A DNA stretch of 64,000 nt. It comes from Okamejei kenojei. Taxonomy: Eukaryota. Of the stretch, positions 1 to 13,039 are shown piece after piece. Within the stretch, counting starts at the first letter, position 1, and each line of letters starts with the position of its first letter. Both the position numbers and the translations under genes were made by a program. Under the pieces are notes generated by a model that was not told the DNA's origin, searched no databases, and worked only from the letters and a program-made list of their open reading frames with translations. The DNA lies in the NCBI GenBank assembly GCA_035221665.1, contig CM069174.1, forward strand, positions 9,858,001-9,922,000, in the 5' to 3' direction.

Positions 1-814
1 CACGATCAGAACCATTAGACTTGTTCCTTCATTCTTTAGCTGAAATATTATTTCACTGCGCCTTTGTTTTGGAAATGTACACTTCTGGACCATTGAGGCA
101 ACTGAGACTTTAGTGAATGATAGAACCAGCTGTCTATATCCTCGACTAATGAGATTTAAGGATTGACAAAGAAATATAGGAATGATGGCGAATGAGTGAA
201 TCAGAGACAAATCAGCAAGAGAAAGAAAAATATGGAGAAAAAAGAAGAAATTGAGTAAGAGAACGAGGGTAATGAGCCAGAGAGGAAAGTAAAAAGTCCA
301 CACCAAAATTTAAAAACTGCAACAATTCTTGTTGAGATGAAACTCAATCGTTTCAATTACGCTTATGAATTGGAAAAATTGATTGACACGTATTAAGATT
401 ACTATTAAGAGAGTACTTATATGATTAATTATGAGCTTCAACTTAACTTTAAGGCATTTAAGCCTGTAAATCCATTGCGGCTTTTTGATTTAAATCAAAA
501 GCCTCAACTTTATAAGCCATGAAGAGAGGAACTAGGAAGTGCTTCGCATTAAAAAAAAGACACAAAATGCTGGAGTAACTCAGCGGGACCCACTGAGTTA
601 CCAAACTGGTGCTGAGAATCAACAAAATTTGCAGGAATAAACTGTCACAACAAACAATCTTTTTTTTGTAAACCAGCATCAGCAGTTCCTTGTGGCTAGT
701 GTTTACACATAACCGGAAAGCTAAAGATATGACGATAAATAAAAGAGCTGGGTAAGGCGCTGGCCCATTCTTGGTCACGTGTGTGACCAAATATATGAAA
801 AAATTGTGGAATAC

Positions 815-1188
815 AACGGACAATAGGGTGCAGGAGTAGGCCATTCGGCCCTTCGAGCCAGCACCGCCATTCAATGTGATCATGGCTAATCATCCACAAT
901 CAGTACCCGTTCCTGCCTTCTCCCCATATCCCCTGACTCCGCTATCTTTAAGAGCCCTATCTAGCTCGCTCTTGAAAGCATCCAGAGAACCGGCCTCCAC
1001 CGCTCTCTGAGGCAGAGAATCCCACAGACTCACAACTCTCTGTGAAAAAAAGTATTTCCTCGTCTCCGTTCTAAATGGCTTACCCCTTATTCTTAAACTG
1101 TGATCCCTGGTTCTGGACTCCCCCAACATCGGGAACATGTTTCCTTCTTCTAGCGTGTCCAAATTCTTAACAATCTTATATGTTTCAA
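815..1188 (-). mobile_element. CR1-clade (HER1-like) LINE 3' end, young subfamily
   Basis: ORF 890-1162: SRTRDHSLRIRGKPFRTETRKYFFSQRVVSLWDSLPQRAVEAGSLDAFKSELD. Near-identical to the copies at 18190, 26347 and 47790. Confidence 0.9.
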
Positions 1189-1926
1189 CAATACATCTCT
1201 TCTAATTCTGAAAGCATTACAGGGATATTGTTATGTGTGCTGTATATATGATTCAAATTTTTTTTTCGAAGTTTATCAAGTGACATTTTTATGACATGCT
1301 GACAATGTTTGTTTAGGGTCAGAGGTCAAATATGACTGGTCACGGGTGTGACTTCACACGGAAGCACTTTTTCCATAACTGCTTTATCTTACAAACTCTG
1401 TGAATTAAAAAACAGCTAGAATGTTCATATGTTTAGCAGACATGCATTATAGTTCTGTAGGTAGGAAAATAGCAATGAATAAGATTAATCTCTTACAAGA
1501 ATTTCTTTATGTATTACTTTATGTGACGACATCTGGTCACGTGTGTGAAATTTGGTTCACTTTCCAAAGAATGGCCCTTCTAGAGAGTCACAACACGTGG
1601 CAAATCACTTTGAACCCTGAACATGCTGGCTGACGTGCATTAATACTGGCTGCTTTATTGACTCAGTTGCTTTCACAGGAAACGGCGACTATTGCAATTA
1701 TTTATAGGTGCAGCTCAATATCTTGCAAACCCTTTCACTGGGTGTGACATGTCAATTTTTGCATAGCAAACAATTTTGTGTATAATACTGCTGAAGTGGT
1801 AGAGACACCTGTTTCCAAGATGATTATAGCAACACTAAAAACTGCTTGCCCTCATTTTTACCCAGCACTTCCCAAAAAGTCCACTGAAGTTTGCATTCTA
1901 CCACAGAGAGCAATAAGACTAGTGCT

Positions 1927-2211
1927 CGAACATCAGTCCATGAGGTATTTGGACATCGACATGTCTTGTCCTACCATGACAGTCACACCCTGAGATACAC
2001 ATTCAAATGGTGCGGGGGAGAGAGAAGAACTTTGCCTTCCATCACAGTGAGGAGGAGATTTACTGTGATGGGTGTTTGTGTGAATTGAATTGTTTGTGTT
2101 TTTTTTTTATGAATTGTTCTGTTTGTTAGTTTGTATGGCTTGTAGAAACGGAATTTAATTCGAGCCTCCCTGAGGTTCAAATGACAAGTAATAAAATCTA
2201 ATCTAATCTAA
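1927..2211 (+). mobile_element. Unclassified retroposon 3' end with (atcta)n tail and TSD
   Basis: aataaa followed by atctaatctaatcta; actagtgct at 1918-1926 and 2212-2220. Confidence 0.6.
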
Positions 2212-2857
2212 ACTAGTGCTGAGAATCAATGAGATTTACAAATATAAACTGTCACAGCAAACTGTATTTACACAAGATATGCACTTTTATACCAGCTCAT
2301 TACAACTCCCAGAGATAGCACTTAATTTAGAGTGAAATTAGAGTACAATGTGAAATGACCATCACATAGATGTTGCAATATTGAGACAGACCATTTATTT
2401 CACATCTGTTTTTATCCCCTGTACATGCAGTAATCCAAATCCCATGTATCCACTTTGTTCCCATATCTCTTAAATCAATTATCCCACTTATTTTTAATCA
2501 CGATGTGTTTATTGCCTGTCACTACATCTGACAATGCATGCCACATCCTCAGGATCTTCGGTATGTAAAAGTTTGCCTGCTCTCTGCACTAAATTATTTA
2601 AAGTTATAAATATGCCAGCTTGTTCCAGACCCTTTAAACTAGCCTCTGTGCCATTGCCTTATAACCTTTAACGCACTTGCTGAATAACCCATCTTCTCTA
2701 TGCAAGAACACCCCAATTTTTTTCCAAACCTTTGTCATGTAGATAAATGTGGGAGTCATTTTATACGGAACAACAATCCTGTTTAGATAATTCCAGCAGT
2801 TGTTATGGACATGGTGGACCCAAAGGCCTGATTCTGTGGTGTGGGGCTCTATAACGC

Positions 2858-3395
2858 CATGTGTAAGAAGGAACTGCAGATGCTGGTTTAAACCGAAGGT
2901 AGACACAAAAAGCTCAAGTAACTCAGCGGGACAGGCAGCATCTCTGGATAGAAGGGATGGGTGACGTTTTGGGTCGAGGCCCTTCTTCAGAATGGTTAGG
3001 GAGAAGGGAAACGAGAGATATAGACGGTGATGTAGGGAGATAAAGAACAATGAATAAAAGATATGCAAAAAAGTAACGATGATAAAGGAAACAGGCCATT
3101 GTTAGCTGTTTGCAGGGTGAAAATGAGAAGCTGGTGCGACTTGGGTGGGGGAGGGATAGAGAGAGACGGAATGCCGGGGCTACCTGAAGTGAGAGAAATC
3201 AATATTTCTACCACTGGGCTGTAGGCTGCCCAAGCGAAATATTTACTTGGACCATCTCCGACACCTCCCTCCCCTTTCTTGATCTCACCGTCTCCATCAC
3301 AGGAAATAGACTATTGACTGACGTCTATTACAAACCCACTGCTCCCACAACTATCTCGACGACACTTCTTCCCACCCTGCTTCCTGCAAAGACTC
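2858..3395. mobile_element. Penelope fragment with inversion: 3' end on the - strand joined to an RT fragment on the + strand
   Basis: 2858-3243 is the reverse complement of the 3' end seen at 50940-51268, plus the endonuclease tail IFRLGSLQPSGRNIDF. 3241-3395 encodes FTWTISDTSLPFLDLTVSITGNRLLTDVYYKPT...SSHPASCKDS on +. Confidence 0.85.
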
Positions 3396-3523
3396 TGGAG
3401 AAAACCCACGCAGTCACAGTGAGAATGCACAAACTCCATAAAGACAGCACCAGTAGTCAAGATCGAACCTGGGTCTCTGGCGCTTGCAAGGCAGCAACTC
3501 TACTGCTGCACCACGGTGCTGCC
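3395..3523 (-). mobile_element. V-SINE 5' half
   Basis: Reverse complement of the tRNA head and V-domain. Confidence 0.75.
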
Positions 3524-4047
3524 GATTACAGAAATTAGACCCTATAGTATGGTTTACATCACTGCTGTTTGACAAAAATATAGTTATCACGTGGAGGCAT
3601 GATAATAACCTTCTCAGCAGAAGTCGCAATTGCATGTCTGATATAATTTCTGTATCAGGTGGGCATAAGAACGATATAATTTACTATGCAATGCTTACCA
3701 CTCCCTTGATCCACACTCATTCCTGGGCTGGACAGCATATTATTGTCCCTGCCGATGCGTGACGCCTGCCCAGGGTGTCCAATAATTTCTGCAGTCATCT
3801 GGTCATTCTTATTTTGGACAATACTTTGTGTAAATTGAATGCTGTGTTGCTCTCTGCATTACATGAGTGGCCACACTTTAAAAATTGCTACTATTTTGAG
3901 ATGGATGGAACAGTTAAAGGTCTAAAATAATAGGTTCTATACTCATTAAGGAGAAAAGACTATTTATAAAATAGTCCAGGCTGCCTGTTAAAACCCCGGA
4001 CATAAACTATACTTTACTTGTAACATTCACTTATTTTCTGTCTCCAG

Positions 4048-4455
4048 GTCATAGAGTCACAGTGTCATACAGCATAGAAACAGGCCCTTCGACCCAATTT
4101 GCCCATGCTGACCAAGATGCTCCATCTACACTAGATCACCGGCCCATGTTTGGCCCATATTCCTCTAATCCTTTCCTATCTATGCCCCTGTGCAAGTGTC
4201 TTTTAAATGGTGCTATAGCACCTGCACCAACTACCTCCTCTTGCATATTCTACCATCCTCGGTGTGATTAAGTTGTCACCCAGGTTCCTATTAAATCTTT
4301 CCCCCCCCCCCCCCCCCCACCTTAAAACTCTGTTCTCTGGTTCTTGATTTCTCTACCCAGGAGGTTAAATACTCCATGCATTCATCCTATCTAATCCCCT
4401 CATGATTTTATACCAGTTTAAAAGATCACCCCTCATCCTCCTGCACTCCAAGAAG
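4048..4455 (-). mobile_element. Older CR1 3' end containing a poly(C) tract
   Basis: gtcatagagtc...gaaacaggcccttcg...ttgcccatgctgaccaagatg tail and decayed ORF2 end. Confidence 0.75.
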
Positions 4456-5699
4456 CAATTCCTAAACACCATCATAATGATATTAAAACATGCCTTTCCT
4501 ATTTAGCAATTTGTTGTGTCAAACCCATTACTGAACCTGTAGAAGATTACTACATGCTTTTGATTTAGAAGGTAGGGAGTGAAAATATTGTGTCGATGAA
4601 CTGATATTAATTGTAGCGATCGTAAAAGACCCATATACCTTGACAACTGTAAGAAAGCTTTGTCAGTCACCGGATCCTAATGCACGTCAGGTCTGATTCA
4701 CTCCGACCCCGTCATAAGAGGCACGTAGGCATTGCCTTTTTAAGTTGATGGTGTAGCGGCGCCAGCTGGCGCACGCAGGTATCGAACCCGGCGTTCGGAA
4801 TCTGCGGCCACGTGACTCGGGAGGGGCTGTTTTCACGCAGTTTCGCTTTTGCGCCACGGTTGTGTTGCTGACCATCATTGTGGCCAGACGTGTTTGCAGA
4901 GACCTGTAAGCCAGGGAGCTATTGTCTGAATAAATAAGTTCGCAAAACTTGGTTGTCGTCTTTGCATCCGCCAAAATGGAACGTTTAAAAGTCAACATAG
5001 GAGTTTCTAACAAAGATCTTCTTCTTCTTTCGTGTGGCGTGCACAGCCTAAAGTTGTTGGACAACTTGTTCTATTTGATCTTCCATTTGTGCACGTCGAG
5101 TTGATTGCATTAGTCGGAACGGGGTGGACCACGTGAAGGTTGCAATCTTCCACCCCTCCAACAAAGATAAATATAAAGAAATCTGCAATTGATAAAACTC
5201 ACAAGTAACTTTCAACTGCCCATGAAACATTGGAAAATATGAAAACAACTATAGATGCTGGAAATCTAAAATAAAAAACAAAAAATGCAAAAAACTCAAC
5301 AAATCAGGCAGCGTTCGTCTGACCTGTTGAGTGGTTCCAGCATTTTTTTTGTTTTTTATTTGAGATCTTGCATCCTTATCCCACCTGATGTTCTTCGCTC
5401 ATCAACAAAACGACATTATTAATGCTATTTGTGGGACTTGCTGTCTGACACCAACGGATATACTTGAAAGAAATTAAGTGAATGTACAGTTAGGTATGAA
5501 GCCAAGTTGAATCCAAATTAATCATTCTGTTGATCACAGATCTCACTCTTAACATTTCCCTCAATGTTGGCAGTTCCACTATCCAATGATGAATTCGCCG
5601 AATTCACAAATACATGTTATTTATTTTATCCACGTTATTTCTTTCATTGTTCTACATTTGGCTTAATAAAATGTCTTTGTGGATTTAAAAATACATTTT

Positions 5700-6381
5700 T
5701 AAAAACGTGACGGTTCAGCCTTCTGGGAAAAATGGGAAATGAAGCGCATTGGGGCGCTAGGACCCGGTGGAATCCCTGGAGTAGCTTTCCACCTGCTGCA
5801 ACAGTGGGAGACTCTGCAGCCTAGCTGTGTGCTGCTCGTTCTTTACATTTTAACAGTGAGTCGCGGCTGCCTCCCCCATCACTTTGCAAAATCACGTTCA
5901 GGGTTTTTTTTTTTTTTGGCGAGCCGCCCTTCCCCGACTCACTGAATGCAGAGCGGCGGCTCGGGTGAATTGTTCCTGACACGGCCCCAAGACCAGGACA
6001 GTCTGAAGTTTCTGCACTTCCTACACTTGCTGCTGTTCCTTCCTTCCGCTCGCTCTAAGGTACTTCAGCAACTAGCCTTGTCCTATTTTTGCAATCTCGT
6101 TTTGCAGTTATAGACAACGTTAAGGTGCCTTTCGATGCCCAATGGGCTCATTTGAGTTAATGGGACCGAATGCTTGATGCTTATTTGTTGTAAAACTTTT
6201 GACCGAGAGTAACGTGAAACGGAATTGAAACTGATGGGAGGAATCGCCTTGTGCCTGAATCAATATTTATTGACTGTGAAACTTTGCACATTTTATTTTA
6301 AGGAAGCAGAAATTTGGCATTTAAAGGTAAAATATCTCTGTGGTTTCCGCGACGGACTACAATTCATTCTTTTCGGTAAGT
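5700..6381 (+). promoter_or_regulatory. Candidate promoter and non-coding first exon of the GALNT6-like gene
   Basis: Non-repetitive and locally CpG-enriched. GC box gccgcccc near 5923, TTCTGGGAA (STAT-type) at 5721-5729, E-box CACCTG, AP-1-like gactca. Donor candidates aag|gtactt (6060), aag|gtaaaa (6327) and consensus tcg|gtaagt (6376). Confidence 0.5.
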
Positions 6382-8999
6382 GTTTTTTTTTAAACAGAAA
6401 GAAGTTTCCTGAGTGACATTTTCCGGAACTTTCTTAACATAACTGACTTTGACAAAAGGTTAGGGGTTTGAGGCTGCTGTCGATACACTTAGTTTGTTTC
6501 CTATGGTTTTATGTATGACTGCTCCATCTATGTGGATATTAAACCATCATTATACAATGGGAAGTGTATGCATGTTTGTCTGGTATTGGGTGTGTGGAAT
6601 TGAGGCTCGCAAAGGGTTAAGATGGCTGCTCCCTTTGAATAATTTAATGTCCAAAGTGTTTTGTTAAACTAGTTGCGATGATTTCGGAGAAGTAAAGTGG
6701 GGAGGAGGAAAGTTTTTTTTTAAAGAAAGAAAACATCACAATTTTGTGAGGGATAAATATCTCACAATTTGATGTAGAGAAGCTTTCAATTCAGCAGAGT
6801 TTGCTACAAATCCCTGGCTTCAGTTATTTTGGGGAGAAGGGGTGAGAGAAAGAACCAGGTTCCCCTAATAAATGGTGAAAGAGAGAATTGAAACCATTGA
6901 TGGATAAGTGTCACCGTCTCAAGTTCTGGGTTCCAAAATTCCCCAAATTTAAGAGAATGCATAGAATAGTACAGCACAGGAACGGAGTGATACATTTTAG
7001 TGTAGGTAAATATTTTTCCCCCTCTGATGGCTGAATTGATACACGTATTAGGTACTGTGGAACTGAGCCAGATGGAGCAAGGAGGTCTCTCTCAATCTCT
7101 CCAGCGTTGCCTATCTGCTGGAGTGAGCATCCTGGTGTTGGTAGAGGAGGGAGTGAAACTGTCCTCTGTATATCATGTGACTACTGCAAGAAAGTATCTT
7201 TTGTGCACATGAGGTGTGAACAGGATCAGGTGTGTTGAGTAAATGGCTTGTCAATACTCACTGTTTTGGCACACCTGAAAAATGCCACTTGGCTGAGATC
7301 CCAGAAAACAATCCGTCATTTTGTTTCCTGGAGTAAGAATTTTAATCAAATATATATAGTTATATCTGCTGTTAGGATAAAATTCAGATTTTAATATATC
7401 ACTACTCAACATGTCAAAGATGATCTGATGATCAATAGTGGCATAGGTTTGCACTAAGTAACATAACTTTCATTTAATGGATATACTGTGTTATCTGAAG
7501 TATACAATGTATTTCTGGGCATGTATGATTGAAATTTATGGTTGCAGTTCAAGGGAAACTATTTTAATGCAAGTGCTACATACAATGTGTTGAGACAAGG
7601 CAAAACTGGCAAATAATAACTTAAAATTAAAATCGATGGGTAATTTCTAAGAATGCATTTGTATATAGTGCTGAATTATGCAGAAAAAAATGTGGTGTCA
7701 GTTTTTGTTTCCGAAGCACCCTTGATTATTACAAATAAGAAAGTGGCATTTGTTAAAAGGAGTGTTGGCCAGGATAACTGCACAGCTTTTTAAAGTGTCT
7801 CAACTATCTGAACAAGAAGGCCAACCGTCATCTAATGCCTCCACTTGAAGGGTATCCTTGTGTGGTAGTACAGCCCGAACTTGGGTGTGTCAATCTAAAC
7901 CTTGTGGCGAAATCCGAAAGTGAACTTCAACCAATAGTCATCTAATCCAGAAGTTGTTATCATCTTAAATTAGTTGACGATTGGCTGTTTCTAACAACAA
8001 AGTATTGTGCAGTGTGGCCATGACTAATGTGTTGTAGTTACAATTAAGTACTTGCTGATGCCATACAAATCTTTGCCCAGCCAGTTATTATCTTGGGTAT
8101 GCAGAACAAGATCTGTGTCCTCCATGTGTGAAACATTGTGTTCATCAGCACTTTCCAACATGTTATTCACTGTAATCAGCTACACATTTGATCTTAAGAA
8201 TTTCTATTTGTCCTGGAGGGCCGATCTGGTTTCTCATCTTCTGTACCTTGCAAAGGAGGACAACGGCAAATGAAGTTTAAAAAGCATTGCGATCTAATCC
8301 TCAACTTGCTCATCATTCTGGTGGCACTTTGCAGAGCTACTAAAAAGTTACTTGTCACTTTAATTAAAAGCTAAAGATATTTTTGTGCATGGTTGACTGC
8401 TAGTCCACCATGACAATTAATCTTGCAAGGCAATTTAATGTGTGTGTACACATAACCCAATGTTATAATTAAATAATAATAGTGTTTAATTTGTTTTTGG
8501 TAAACCACACTATTCTTGTTTGAATATATGGCTGTGGCTGCAATTGGGGTTAGGAATTTTAATGCAGTTTCTCAAGGACTGAAACGCTCAAATTTGATGA
8601 GGTTTGGCAATAGATTTGAGTTTTGATGTGTTCGTATGTGTGGTCTGTAGCTGGTGAGTGGGCCTTGTGTGACCCCTGTTCTCATTAATGCAGGGTGGTC
8701 TGCTAAAGTATTGTTTGAGACTGTTTCCAGGCTACTGGTTGTGCTTGACTTGCCTTTAGGTACTGGATCAACAGAATGGAAAATGCTATAGATCCCAGAA
8801 CTTCACCTTGCCAAGCAGAAGAGTTGTTTAAAAAGTGGTCAGCATAAATATAGAGGGGCTACAAGGTAACTGCACTCAGAGGAGATCACCTAGCAAATAG
8901 AATACCAGAATTATTTGAGTAGGTTTGAAAACTGACAGAAATCAGTCAATATGAATCATGTAATTGTTGGTAATTGAAATGAGATTAGTAGAAGGACAG

Positions 9000-9285
9000 A
9001 GCATGGAAACGGTCTGTGCCAACCACCCAGTTTTCTACTAATGCTGCACCAACTCATTTTATTCTCCTTGCATTTCCATAAACTCTTCCCAGATTCTACC
9101 ACTCACATTCATGCTAGGGGGAAATTTACAGTGGCCAATGAACTACACACATTTTAGGAATATGGGAGGAAACTGGAGGCACCTGGGGGAAACCCACACA
9201 GTCATGGAAAAAGTACAAATTCCACACAGACAGCACCAGAGGTCAAGATTGAACCCAGGTCACTGGAGTTGAGGCAGTGGTTTTG
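9000..9285 (-). mobile_element. Old V-SINE
   Basis: gggaggaaactggaggcacctgggggaaacccacacagtca...ccacacagacagcacc...attgaacccagg. Confidence 0.7.
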
Positions 9286-9554
9286 CAGTTTGTAGTTTAC
9301 TATTTTCTAACGTTTGGATTTTCCATAGAAAATGGCACATCCGATTTTAAGTTGCAATTTTTTTTTGTGCAGGTGGGTTCTGGTTTACAATTGGTTCCTG
9401 CAGAAATATGCAATCTTATTGACAATGAATTATGAGGTGCTGTTCATTCCTGGAATAAATATCTCCCAGTGCCTTGGCATGTCATTCAAATATCAGGCAT
9501 CATTGCAACTAATTGCCTGCTGGAAGTATAATAACTCTTATACAGTCATGGGGC

Positions 9555-10035
9555 TCTGGTGAGGAGGCCACATTTAGAGTATTGTGTACAGTTTTAGTCA
9601 CCCTGTTATAGGAAATATGTTGCTAAGCCGGAAATGGTGCATAGAAGATTTACGAGGATGCTGCCAGTACTCAAGGGCTTGACCTGCAGGGAGAGGTTTA
9701 GCAGACTAGTTCTTTATTCCTTGGTGTGCTGGAGAATGAGGGGTGATCTTGTGGAGGTGTATAAGATTGTAGGAATATGGTGAATGCACAGAAACCTTTC
9801 CCCAGATTTGGGAAATTGAGAACTAGAAGACATAGGTGAGGGGCAACTTTTTTAACACAAAGGGTGGTAGCAATATGTGGAACGAGCTGCTGGAGGAGGT
9901 AGTTGAGGCACAACATTTAAAAAAACATTTGGACAGGTACATGAATATAACGGGTTTAGAGGCACATCGGCCAAACGCAGGCAGGTGGGACTAATGTTGG
10001 CTGGCGTGGGCAAGTTGGGCCGAAGGGCCTGATCC
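9555..10035 (+). mobile_element. Older CR1 3' end
   Basis: ctggtgaggaggcccacatttagagtattgtgtacagtttt...agaagatttacgaggatgctgcc...ttgggccgaagggcctg. Confidence 0.78.
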
Positions 10036-11974
10036 TCAAAGCGTCCAGGGAGCTTCAACATCTACTGGCATAACCAGGAATATTGCAAATTCTACGGCAA
10101 CCATTTTTTGTAAACCAGCTACCCTTTTTAAACTGGTAACTAGTGCATTTTTATTGTTTGCTTGGCCAGAGTTGACAATTGGCACTGATCCTGGTAAATT
10201 GCTTACAAGAGAACATAGTAGTATGCCCATTGTGTCTTCTGACCGTATCTCGGAGGCTGAAAATGTAACAGCATGAGACCGTTTATACAAGTTAACTGAT
10301 GGATGACGTTTCCCATGTCAATCAAATTCCCACATCAGTTAAAAAAAAACAGATGAAAAGACTTTGAGGTCATGCAATGTATACAGGAACCCCACAGTGA
10401 ATTCTCAGGGCAGAACGATGTAGATTAGACTCAGTGATCAATAAAAGCAGCGTGGAAAAAAAAGAGGGGAATTTAATTAAAGTACCTTGTTCCCAAGTGA
10501 ATTATGGAGAGTGACTGTATTCCATAATTAATGTATCAAAATAGTATCTCAAATCAAATCAGGGTGCCTGCACCCAATGAGGTTTTTGTGTTATCTGGTA
10601 ACAAACTTGCGCGCAATATTTTGTTTTTAAGCACTGTTAAAACACAAAGCTGAGTGATGGTCCAGTAGGTGACAAAGAAATCAAGTGACGGGTGACGGCA
10701 ACTAGAACTTAAAGATGTGTGTTCATTGCTCAAATGGGCCTGTCTTCACACATTTGAAGCATCTGAGTAAAGGATAGATTCATTTTATGGATAGACAGGT
10801 ACATGGTTTAGAGGGATATGGGCCAAACACTGGCAGGTAGGTCTAGCATAGAGGGGACATCTTGGCCGGTATGGGCAAGTTGGGCTGAAGGGCCTGTTTC
10901 TGTGCTGTATGACTCTATCGTTCTATAACTGAATTGGAAGGCAAGTGACAGGACCTTGTCACCTGTTAAATGATGTAGCCACTGGCCAGAGGTAAATTTT
11001 AGAATTGACCATAACTCTTATAAGTAGTACAGGACATATGACCAGTTAGGACATCTGACCAACCAAAAATTAGCTGATGTTACATTATGCTGAAGGTGGA
11101 GCAGTGATGATTCTTAAATATTTAAGGGTTAATTTAAATTAAACATAATGGAACATTAACATCAACTGCTCATGGGGATGGAGGATTGTGTCGTCAAAAT
11201 GGCTGTGTGGTTACATAATGGTTGTAATGGAGAGGCAACTTGATTGCAAGATTCAATTCATGATCTCATTCTTCATTTAAGACTTTGCAACACCCACTTT
11301 GCTCCAACAGTACTAAGCAAAAAATGACTGTCTCCTCGAAAGACACACATTGCAGCCAATTCTGTGTCATTCAAAAGCTTTGTTAAATGAACAAATAGTT
11401 AATGAGTATTTTGCATATAATGAAGGGTCTTCATGTTGAGAAATGGAAAAGCGCTCTGAAAGCTGGGTCAGTGTAGGTTCAAGAGCAAAGAGTGTTTAAT
11501 TGTAATATGTACCGACAACGGAACAATGAAATTCTTACTTGCTGCAGTTTACAGGCCTGTAAACACCATACACACAGATAATATTTAATAATCAAAATAC
11601 AATACATAAATAACAGTCATATGTTTAGTATTACAGTTAATCATTGTATTTTTCCTTTTATATTTTACTCTTGTCTAACCGATAATGTCTAGACTTGGAG
11701 TAAAATATTCAGAATAGGTTAATATCCAAATATTGCAATATTAGTTCTATTTTCCTGCACTAGGTATTCCATGCGCTGAGTTGAATTTGTGCCAGGCTGA
11801 TGCCTCTTTCCCCACCTAATAATTATAAATACAACAAATGGTCTTGTCAGAATTGAGTGGGAGTCTACTTATGTACTGTAAGTAAATTGATGTGTGTTGT
11901 TGAAATGTATATTTCACTGAAGCACCCCAAGTTAATTCATTAATGTCTACTTAACCATTGCCTACCTATGCCAA

Positions 11975-12116
11975 AGATAGACACAAAAAGCTGGAGTAAC
12001 TCAGGCAGCATCTCTGGAGAGAAGGAATTGCTGCAGAAGGGTCTCGACCCGAAACGTCTCCCATTCCTTCTCTCCAGAGATGCTGCCTGAGTTACTCCAG
12101 CTGTTTGTGTCCATCT
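11975..12116. repeat. Fold-back Penelope-derived unit
   Basis: agatagacacaaaaagctggagtaactcaggcagcatctctggagagaaggaat ... attccttctctccagagatgctgcctgagttactccagctgtttgtgtccatct; a hammerhead remnant forms the loop. Confidence 0.85.
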
Positions 12117-13039
12117 CTGCATTTACTTCCTATATATTTTGCCTAACTATGCCTGCCTGTACCTGCCATTTGCAGGCATTGGCTCCTTTTTTAAGTTGGC
12201 CATTTCTTAAGGTGTGCCACTTGGGGAGAAGAATTGTCATTTGCACAAGGAGGAAGCAATAGGATAATGTTTTAGTGAGATTTACATCCTCTGCATCCAT
12301 CAGTAATACAAATGTCTTGAGCTTGTTAAAATGGTGATAATTCTAAAACACGATAAATTAAAATAAACAATTTTAATATTGCGAGCAGCAGCTTCAAATG
12401 GTGGAGCAAACATACTCTAATCGTACTGCTAGTTTTAAATTGCTTCCTTGTCAGAAAAGGTATCCAGGAACCTCCAACCAGTGGAAGTTAGTGTGCAGCG
12501 TAAACGTGTAGAACCTGTTGAGCCTATTGCTGTGCTATAAACGCAGTTTTAATTTGAAACAGTCAAGAACTAACAGGATACTTTGCTTCTCAATCTTCAA
12601 TTAGATTTCAATACTGGGAATGTTAAGTTTTTTTCAAAAGTACATTCAGTTATGCCACACCCAATATCCAATCATCTCCCTCCAGTTGGAAGATTAACTT
12701 ATGAGTCAATGTCAGTTCAGCAAATGCACAAGCTGTTTCCCCCAATTTAAGTTTGAAGTAAAATTTTATTGTGAACTGGAAAAACCACGTCCATTTCCAT
12801 GAAATTGCCTTCATTTCATTCCACTGGCTTTTGATCACAGTTACGATGCCACCAGCACTGGCCTCCCTTCCTGCCCCTGCACTATTGCTTCTGGAGTCTT
12901 GTATAGACTTTTCCATGTACTACTTCCACATTTAAATATCACTCTTTTAATCGTTGTTTGATGTCACGAACCAGCTCTCGTCCCTCCTTTGCTGGTGTGT
13001 CTGTTATTCAATCTTGGATGGGTTTCAATTTAGTCATTA

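Noticed and set aside
11975-12116. Pre-miRNA or rho-independent terminator
   Set aside because: The hairpin is explained by inverted copies of a multi-copy repeat; no small-RNA evidence is available.
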